The notes under the pieces were generated by a model. It did no database searches, was not told the DNA's origin, and was given only the letters and a program-made list of their open reading frames with translations. Positions 54,501-64,000 of a stretch of DNA of 64,000 nucleotides are shown here, piece by piece. Made by a program: the position numbers and the translations under genes. How positions within the stretch are numbered: the first letter of the stretch is position 1; each line of letters starts with the position of its first letter. The stretch is from the human T2T-CHM13v2.0 reference genome, Homo sapiens, in the NCBI RefSeq assembly GCF_009914755.1, contig NC_060944.1; one strand, given 5' to 3'.

Positions 54501-57500
54501 TCAAGTGGATATTTGGATAGCTTTGAGGCTTTCATTGGAAACGGGAATATCTACACATAAGAACTAGACAGAAGCATTCTCAGAAAGTTCTTTATGAAGT
54601 TCGCATTCAACTCACAGAGTTGTACCTTCCTTTTCACACAGCAGTTTTGAGACATTCTTTTTGTAGAATCTGCAAGTGGACATTTGGAGTGATTTGAGAC
54701 TTAGGGTGAAAAAGGGATATCTTCCCATAAAAAGTTGACAGAAGCATTCTCAGAAACGACTTTCTGATTTGTGTACTCAACTCACAGAGTTAAACCTTTC
54801 CTTTGATACAGCAGTTTGGAAACACTCTTCTTGCAGAATTTGCAAGCGGATATAAGGACAGCAGTGTGGAATTCATCGGAAACGGAATATCTTCACATAA
54901 AAGTAGACAGAAGCATTCTCAGAAAGTTCTTTGTAATGTGTGCATTCAACTCACAGAGTTGAAACTTTCTTTTGATAGAGCAGATTGGAAGCCCTCTTTT
55001 TGTAGAATTTGCAAGTGGATATCTGGACAGCTTTGAGGCCTTCCCTGGAAACGAGTGTATCTTCACATAAACACTAGACAGAAGCATCCTCAGAAACTTG
55101 TTGGTGATGCTTGCATTCAACTCACAGAATTGAACATTTCTTTTCCTAGAGCAGTTTTGAAACACTCTTTTTGTAGTATCTGGAAGTGGACAGTTGGAGC
55201 ACTTTGAGGCCTAGGGTGAAAAAGGAAATATCTTCACATAAAAACTAGACAGAAGCATTCTCTGAAACTTCTTGGTTATGTGTGTACTCAACTCACAGAG
55301 TTGAACTTATCTTCTCATAGATCAGATTTGAAACCCTCTTTTTGTAGAGTCTGCAAGTGCATATTTGGATAGCTTTGAGGATTTCATTGGAAACGGGAAT
55401 ATCTTCCCATAAAAACTAGAAAGAAGCATTCTCAGAAACTTCTTTGTGATGCTTGCATTCAACTCACTGAGATGAATATTCCCTTTCATACAGCAGTTTT
55501 CAAACACTCTTTTTGTAGTATCTGGAAGTGGACCTTTGGAGCGCTTTGAGGCCTAGGGTGAAAAAGGAAATATCCTCACCTAAAAACTAGACAGAAGCAT
55601 TCTCAGAAACTTCTTTGTGATGTGTGTAGTCAACTCACAGAGTTGAACCTTTCTTTTGATACAGCACTTTTGAAACACTCTTTTTGTAGAATCTGCAAGT
55701 GGTTATTTGGATAGCTTTGAGGCTTTGATTGGAAACGGGAATATCTTCACAGAAAAACTAGACAGAAGCATTCTCAGAAACTTCTTTATGAAGTTTGCAT
55801 TCAACTCACAGAGTTGAAGTTTCCGTTCCATACAGCAGTTTTGAAACTCTCTTTTTCTAGAATCTGTAAGTGGAAACTTGGAGCGCTTCGAGGCCTATGG
55901 TGAAAAAGGGAATATCTTCCCATAAAAAGTAGACAGAAGAATTCTCAGTAACTACTTTGTGATGTGTGTACTCAACTCACAGAGTTGAACTTTTCTTTTG
56001 AAAGAGAAGTTTTGAAACACTCTTTTTGTAGAATCTGCAAATGGGTATTTAGCCTGCTTTGAGGCCTTCATTGGAAACGGGAATATCTTCACATAAAACT
56101 AGACAGAAGCACTCTCAGAAACTTCGTTGTGATGTGTGCATTCAACTCCCAGAGTTGAAGCTCTCTTTTGATAGAGCAGTTCTGAAACAATCTTTTTGTG
56201 GTATCTGGAAGTGGACGTTTGGAGCGATTCGAGGCCTATGGTGAAAAAGGCAATATCTTCACCTAAAAATTAGACAGAAGCATTCTCAGAAACTGCTTTG
56301 TGATATGTGTAGTCAACTCACAGATTTGAAACTTGGTTTTGATGCAGCAGTTTTGAAACACTCTTTTTGTTAGAATCTTCAAGTGGATATTTGGATAGCT
56401 TTGAGGCTTTCATTGGAAACGGGAATATCTACACATAAGAACTAGACAGAAGCATTCTCAGAAAGTTCTTTATGAAGTTCGCATTCAACTCACAGAGTTG
56501 TACCTTCCTTTTCACACAGCAGTTTTGAGACATTCTTTTTGTAGAATCTGCAAGTGGACATTTGGAGTGATTTGAGACTGAGGGTGAAAAAGGGATATCT
56601 TCCCATAAAAAGTTGACAGAAGCATTCTCAGAAACGACTTTCTGATTTGTGTACTCAACTCACAGAGTTAAACCTTTCCTTTGATACAGCAGTTTGGAAA
56701 CACTCTTCTTGTAGAATTTGCAAGCGGATATAAGGACAGCAGTGAGGAATTCATCGGAAACGGAATATCTTCACATAAAAGTAGACAGAAGCATTCTCAG
56801 AAAGTTCTTTGTAATGTGTGCATTCAACTCACAGAGTTGAAACTTTCTTTTGATAGAGCAGATTGGAAGCCCTCTTTTTGTAGAATTTGCAAGTGGATAT
56901 CTGGACAGCTTTGAGGCCTTCCCTGGAAACGAGTGTATCTTCACATAAACACTAGACAGAAGCATCCTCAGAAACTTGTTGGTGATGCTTGCATTCAACT
57001 CACAGAATTGAACATTTCTTTTCCTAGAGCAGTTTTGAAACACTCTTTTTGTAGTATCTGGAAGTGGACAGTTGGAGCACTTTGAGGCCTAGGGTGAAAA
57101 AGGAAATATCTTCACATAAAAACTAGACAGAAGCATTCTCTGAAACTTCTTGGTTATGTGTGTACTCAACTCACAGAGTTGAACTTATCTTCTCATAGAT
57201 CAGATTTGAAACCCTCTTTTTGTAGAGTCTGCAAGTGCATATATGGATAGCTTTGAGGATTTCATTGGAAACGGGAATATCTTCCCATAAAAACTAGAAA
57301 GAAGCATTCTCAGAAACTTCTTTGTGATGCTTGCATTCAACTCACTGAGTTGAACATTCCCTTTCATACAGCAATTTTCAAACACTCTTTTTGTAATATC
57401 TGGAAGTGGACCTTTGGAGCGCTTTGAGGCCTAGGGTGAAAAAGGAAATATCCTCACCTAAAAACTAGACAGAAGCATTCTCAGAAACTTCTTTGTGATG

Positions 57501-60500
57501 TGTGTAGTCAACTCACAGAGTTGAACCTTTCTTTTGATACAGCACTTTTGAAACACTCTTTTTGTAGAATCTGCAAGTGGTTATTTGGATAGCTTTGAGG
57601 CTTTGATTGGAAACGGGAATATCTTCACAGAAAAACTAGACAGAAGCATTCTCAGAAACTTCTATATGAAGTTTGCATTCAACTCACAGAGTTGAAGTTT
57701 CCGTTCCATACAGCAGTTTTGAAACTCTCTTTTTCTAGAATCTGTAAGTGGAAACTTGGAGCGCTTCGAGGCCTATGGTGAAAAAGGGAATATCTTCCCA
57801 TAAAAAGTAGACAGAAGAATGCTCAGTAACTACTTTGTGATGTGTGTACTCAACTCACAGGGTTGAACTTTTCTTTTGAAAGAGAAGTTTTGAAACACTC
57901 TTTTTGTAGAATCTGCAAATGGGTATTTAGCCTGCTTTGAGGCCTTCATTGGAAACGGGAATATCTTCACATAAAACTAGACAGAAGCATTCTCAGAAAC
58001 TTCGTTGTGATGTGTGCATTCAACTCCCAGAGTTGAAGCTCTCTTTTGATAGAGCAGTTCTGAAACAATCTTTTTGTGGTATCTGAAAGTGGACGTTTGG
58101 AGCGATTCGAGGCCTATGGTGAAAAAGGCAATATCTTCACCTAAAAATTCGACAGAAGCATTCTCAGAAACTGCTTTGTGATATGTGTAGTCAACTCACA
58201 GATTTGAAACTTGGTTTTGATGCAGCAGTTTTGAAACACTCTTTTTGTTAGAATCTTCAAGTGGATATTTGGATAGCTTTGAGGCTTTCATTGGAAACGG
58301 GAATATCTACACATAAGAACTAGACAGAAGCATTCTCAGAAAGTTCTTTATGAAGTTCGCATTCAACTCACAGAGTTGTACCTTCCTTTTCACACAGCAG
58401 TTTTGAGACATTCTTTTTGTAGAATCTGCAAGTGGACATTTGGAGTGATTTGAGACTTAGGGTGAAAAAGGGATATCTTCCCATAAAAAGTTGACAGAAG
58501 CATTCTCAGAAACGACTTTCTGATTTGTGTACTCAACTCACAGAGTTAAACCTTTCCTTTGATACAGCAGTTTGGAAACACTCTTCTTGCAGAATTTGCA
58601 AGCGGATATAAGGACAGCAGTGTGGAATTCATCGGAAACGGAATATCTTCACATAAAAGTAGACAGAAGCATTCTCAGAAAGTTCTTTGTAATGTGTGCA
58701 TTCAACTCACAGAGTTGAAACTTTCTTTTGATAGAGCAGATTGGAAGCCCTCTTTTTGTAGAATTTGCAAGTGGATATCTGGACAGCTTTGAGGCCTTCC
58801 CTGGAAACGAGTGTATCTTCACATAAACACTAGACAGAAGCATCCTCAGAAACTTGTTGGTGATGCTTGCATTCAACTCACAGAATTGAACATTTCTTTT
58901 CCTAGAGCAGTTTTGAAACACTCTTTTTGTAGTATCTGGAAGTGGACAGTTGGAGCACTTTGAGGCCTAGGGTGAAAAAGGAAATATCTTCACATAAAAA
59001 CTAGACAGAAGCATTCTCTGAAACTTCTTGGTTATGTGTGTACTCAACTCACAGAGTTGAACTTATCTTCTCATAGATCAGATTTGAAACCCTCTTTTTG
59101 TAGAGTCTGCAAGTGCATATATGGATAGCTTTGAGGATTTCATTGGAAACGGGAATATCTTCCCATAAAAACTAGAAAGAAGCATTCTCAGAAACTTCTT
59201 TGTGATGCTTGCATTCAACTCACTGAGTTGAACATTCCCTTTCATACAGCAGTTTTCAAACACTCTTTTTGTAATATCTGGAAGTGGACCTTTGGAGCGC
59301 TTTGAGGCCTAGGGTGAAAAAGGAAATATCCTCACCTAAAAACTAGACAGAAGCATTCTCAGAAACTTCTTTGTGATGTGTGTAGTCAACTCACAGAGTT
59401 GAACCTTTCTTTTGATACAGCACTTTTGAAACACTCTTTTTGTAGAATCTGCAAGTGGTTATTTGGATAGCTTTGAGGCTTTGATTGGAAACGGGAATAT
59501 CTTCACAGAAAAACTAGACAGAAGCATTCTCAGAAACTTCTATATGAAGTTTGCATTCAACTCACAGAGTTGAAGTTTCCGTTCCATACAGCAGTTTTGA
59601 AACTCTCTTTTTCTAGAATCTGTAAGTGGAAACTTGGAGCGCTTCGAGGCCTATGGTGAAAAAGGGAATATCTTCCCATAAAAAGTAGACAGAAGAATGC
59701 TCAGTAACTACTTTGTGATGTGTGTACTCAACTCACAGGGTTGAACTTTTCTTTTGAAAGAGAAGTTTTGAAACACTCTTTTTGTAGAATCTGCAAATGG
59801 GTATTTAGCCTGCTTTGAGGCCTTCATTGGAAACGGGAATATCTTCACATAAAACTAGACAGAAGCATTCTCAGAAACTTCGTTGTGATGTGTGCATTCA
59901 ACTCCCAGAGTTGAAGCTCTGTTTTGATAGAGCAGTTCTGAAACAATCTTTTTGTGGTATCTGGAAGTGGACGTTTGGAGCGATTCGAGGCCTATGGTGA
60001 AAAAGGCAATATCTTCACCTAAAAATTCGACAGAAGCATTCTCAGAAACTGCTTTGTGATATGTGTAGTCAACTCACAGATTTGAAACTTGGTTTTGATG
60101 CAGCAGTTTTGAAACACTCTTTTTGTTAGAATCTTCAAGTGGATATTTGGATAGCTTTGAGGCTTTCATTGGAAACGGGAATATCTACACATAAGAACTA
60201 GACAGAAGCATTCTCAGAAAGTTCTTTATGAAGTTCGCATTCAACTCACAGAGTTGTACCTTCCTTTTCACACAGCAGTTTTGAGACATTCTTTTTGTAG
60301 AATCTGCAAGTGGACATTTGGAGTGATTTGAGACTTAGGGTGAAAAAGGGATATCTTCCCATAAAAAGTTGACAGAAGCATTCTCAGAAACGACTTTCTG
60401 ATTTGTGTACTCAACTCACAGAGTTAAACCTTTCCTTTGATACAGCAGTTTGGAAACACTCTTCTTGTAGAATTTGCAAGCGGATATAAGGACAGCAGTG

Positions 60501-63500
60501 AGGAATTCATCGGAAACGGAATATCTTCACATAAAAGTAGACAGAAGCATTCTCAGAAAGTTCTTTGTAATGTGTGCATTCAACTCACAGAGTTGAAACT
60601 TTCTTTTGATAGAGCAGATTGGAAGCCCTCTTTTTGTAGAATTTGCAAGTGGATATCTGGACAGCTTTGAGGCCTTCCCTGGAAACGAGTGTATCTTCAC
60701 ATAAACACTAGACAGAAGCATCCTCAGAAACTTGTTGGTGATGCTTGCATTCAACTCACAGAATTGAACATTTCTTTTCCTAGAGCAGTTTTGAAACACT
60801 CTTTTTGTAGTATCTGGAAGTGGACAGTTGGAGCACTTTGAGGCCTAGGGTGAAAAAGGAAATATCTTCACATAAAAACTAGACAGAAGCATTCTCTGAA
60901 ACTTCTTGGTTATGTGTGTACTCAACTCACAGAGTTGAACTTATCTTCTCATAGATCAGATTTGAAACCCTCTTTTTGTAGAGTCTGCAAGTGCATATTT
61001 GGATAGCTTTGAGGATTTCATTGGAAACGGGAATATCTTCCCATAAAAACTAGAAAGAAGCATTCTCAGAAACTTCTTTGTGATGCTTGCATTCAACTCA
61101 CTGAGTTGAACATTCCCTTTCATACAGCAGTTTTCAAACACTCTTTTTGTAGTATCTGGAAGTGGACCTTTGGAGCGCTTTGAGGCCTAGGGTGAAAAAG
61201 GAAATATCCTCACCTAAAAACTAGACAGAAGCATTCTCAGAAACTTCTTTGTGATGTGTGTAGTCAACTCACAGAGTTGAACCTTTCTTTTGATACAGCA
61301 CTTTTGAAACACTCTTTTTGTAGAATCTGCAAGTGGTTATTTGGATAGCTTTGAGGCTTTGATTGGAAACGGGAATATCTTCACAGAAAAACTAGACAGA
61401 AGCATTCTCAGAAACTTCTATATGAAGTTTGCATTCAACTCACAGAGTTGAAGTTTCCGTTCCATACAGCAGTTTTGAAACTCTCTTTTTCTAGAATCTG
61501 TAAGTGGAAACTTGGAGCGCTTCGAGGCCTATGGTGAAAAAGGGAATATCTTCCCATAAAAAGTAGACAGAAGAATGCTCAGTAACTACTTTGTGATGTG
61601 TGTACTCAACTCACAGGGTTGAACTTTTCTTTTGAAAGAGAAGTTTTGAAACACTCTTTTTGTAGAATCTGCAAATGGGTATTTAGCCTGCTTTGAGGCC
61701 TTCATTGGAAACGGGAATATCTTCACATAAAACTAGACAGAAGCATTCTCAGAAACTTCGTTGTGATGTGTGCATTCAACTCCCAGAGTTGAAGCTCTCT
61801 TTTGATAGAGCAGTTCTGAAACAATCTTTTTGTGGTATCTGGAAGTGGACGTTTGGAGCGATTGGAGGCCTATGGTGAAAAAGGCAATATCTTCACCTAA
61901 AAATTCGACAGAAGCATTCTCAGAAACTGCTTTGTGATATGTGTAGTGAACTCACAGATTTGAAACTTGGTTTTGATGCAGCAGTTTTGAAACACTCTTT
62001 TTGTTAGAATCTTCAAGTGGATATTTGGATAGCTTTGAGGCTTTCATTGGAAACGGGAATATCTACACATAAGAACTAGACAGAAGCATTCTCAGAAAGT
62101 TCTTTATGAAGTTCGCATTCAACTCACAGAGTTGTACCTTCCTTTTCACACAGCAGTTTTGAGACATTCTTTTTGTAGAATCTGCAAGTGGACATTTGGA
62201 GTGATTTGAGACTTAGGGTGAAAAAGGGATATCTTCCCATAAAAAGTTGACAGAAGCATTCTCAGAAACGACTTTCTGATTTGTGTACTCAACTCACAGA
62301 GTTAAACCTTTCCTTTGATACAGCAGTTTGGAAACACTCTTCTTGTAGAATTTGCAAGCGGATATAAGGACAGCAGTGAGGAATTCATCGGAAACGGAAT
62401 ATCTTCACATAAAAGTAGACAGAAGCATTCTCAGAAAGTTCTTTGTAATGTGTGCATTCAACTCACAGAGTTGAAACTTTCTTTTGATAGAGCAGATTGG
62501 AAGCCCTCTTTTTGTAGAATTTGCAAGTGGATATCTGGACAGCTTTGAGGCCTTCCCTGGAAACGAGTGTATCTTCACATAAACACTAGACAGAAGCATC
62601 CTCAGAAACTTGTTGGTGATGCTTGCATTCAACTCACAGAATTGAACATTTCTTTTCCTAGAGCAGTTTTGAAACACTCTTTTTGTAGTATCTGGAAGTG
62701 GACAGTTGGAGCACTTTGAGGCCTAGGGTGAAAAAGGAAATATCTTCACATAAAAACTAGACAGAAGCATTCTCTGAAACTTCTTGGTTATGTGTGTACT
62801 CAACTCACAGAGTTGAACTTATCTTCTCATAGATCAGATTTGAAACCCTCTTTTTGTAGAGTCTGCAAGTGCATATTTGGATAGCTTTGAGGATTTCATT
62901 GGAAACGGGAATATCTTCCCATAAAAACTAGAAAGAAGCATTCTCAGAAACTTCTTTGTGATGCTTGCATTCAACTCACTGAGTTGAACATTCGCTTTCA
63001 TACAGCAGTTTTCAAACACTCTTTTTGTAGTATCTGGAAGTGGACCTTTGGAGCGCTTTGAGGCCTAGGGTGAAAAAGGAAATATCCTCACCTAAAAACT
63101 AGACAGAAGCATTCTCAGAAACTTCTTTGTGATGTGTGTAGTCAACTCACAGAGTTGAACCTTTCTTTTGATACAGCACTTTTGAAACACTCTTTTTGTA
63201 GAATCTGCAAGTGGTTATTTTCATAGCTTTGAGGCTTTCATTGGAAACGGGAATATCTTCACAGAAAAACTAGACAGAAGCATTCTCAGAAACTTCTTTA
63301 TGAAGTTTGCATTCAACTCACAGAGTTGAAGTTTCCGTTCCATACAGCAGTTTTGAAACTCTCTTTTTCTAGGATCTGTAAGTGGAAACTTGGAGCGCTT
63401 CGAGGCCTATGGTGAAAAAGGGAATATCTTCCCATAAAAAGTAGACAGAAGAATTCTCAGTAACTACTTTGTGATGTATGTACTCAACTCACAGAGTTGA

Positions 63501-64000
63501 ACTTTTCTTTTGAAAGAGAAGTTTTGAAACACTCTTTTTGTAGAATCTGCAAATGGGTATTTAGCCTGCTTTGAGGCCTTCATTGGAAACGGGAATATCT
63601 TCACATAAAACTAGACAGAAGCATTCTCAGAAACTTCGTTGTGATGTGTGCATTCAACTCCCAGAGTTGAAGCTCTCTTTTGATAGAGCAGTTCTGAAAC
63701 AATCTTTTTGTGGTATCTGGAAGTGGACGTTTGGAGCGATTCGAGGCCTATGGTGAAAAAGGCAATATCTTCACCTAAAAATTCGACAGAAGCATTCTCA
63801 GAAACTGCTTTGTGATATGTGTAGTCAACTCACAGATTTGAAACTTGGTTTTGATGCAGCAGTTTTGAAACACTCTTTTTGTTAGAATCTTCAAGTGGAT
63901 ATTTGGATAGCTTTGAGGCTTTCATTGGAAACGGGAATATCTACACATAAGAACTAGACAGAAGCATTCTCAGAAAGTTCTTTATGAAGTTCGCATTCAA

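Larger units (their letters stand above)
1..64000 (+). repeat. Alpha-satellite (alphoid) centromeric/pericentromeric array, 11-mer HOR of 1877-1878 bp, about 375 monomers, single orientation
   Basis: Alphoid hallmark motifs (TAGACAGAAGCATTCTCAGAAACT, TTCAACTCACAGAGTTGAAC, GCAGTTTTGAAACACTCTTTTTGTAGAATCTGCAAGTGG) recur every ~171 bp. Near-identical ORF translations recur every 1877/1878 bp (240, 2117, 3995, 5873 ... 63571). The array runs off both ends of the window. Confidence 0.99.

Noticed and set aside
50425-58122. Missing 61-aa ORF at 50425, 54181 and 57937 suggesting structural gaps
   Set aside because: A single G>A (TGG>TGA) shortens the ORF below threshold; unit spacing remains 1878 bp.
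240-63756. Repeating 61-90 aa ORFs on both strands (MRPSLETG..., MFQNCSRK..., MFENCCMK..., MIQQFGNT...)
   Set aside because: These are chance translations of alpha satellite. They begin at non-ATG codons (TTG/GTG), overlap antisense, and are gained or lost through single SNVs and indels with no sign of coding constraint.
1-64000. CRISPR-like look: conserved TAGACAGAAGCATTCTCAGAAAC separated by variable sequence
   Set aside because: The intervening sequences are homologous to each other and repeat every 11 monomers, so they are not unique spacers. There are no cas genes, and this is a eukaryotic satellite.
1-64000. L1/Alu insertion or strand inversion within the array
   Set aside because: All anchor spacings are accounted for (1877, 1878, 341, 684 bp), ORF strand patterns never flip, and I saw no poly-A tail or non-alphoid sequence.
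1-64000. Assignment to D13Z1/D21Z1, D15Z3 or D1Z5 on the basis of the 11-mer, 1.9 kb period
   Set aside because: Period alone is not diagnostic, and those arrays are known to contain intact CENP-B boxes, which are absent here. A database search is needed.

Overview
The whole 64 kb is one uninterrupted, single-orientation primate alpha-satellite array of about 375 monomers of ~171 bp. It is organised as a highly homogeneous 11-monomer higher-order repeat (HOR) of 1877-1878 bp. I see no genes, RNA genes, transposon insertions or inversions, and every listed ORF is a by-product of the repeat. Each unit has 5 A-type (pJ-alpha box) and 6 B-type monomers in the order A-B-A-B-A-B-B-A-B-A-B. None of the six B-type sites has an intact CENP-B box: TTCG is replaced by TTCA, TTCC or TTGA. 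The array's history can be read from its variants. There are two copies of a 13-mer variant, one 4-mer variant at the junction of a recent ~6.7/8.5 kb tandem duplication, and at least three HOR haplotype domains. Shared variants recur at 3-HOR (~5.63 kb) and 2-HOR (3756 bp) offsets. I found no evidence of a novel protein-coding or RNA system; the interest lies in satellite structure and evolution. All comparisons were made by eye, so variant lists may be incomplete.
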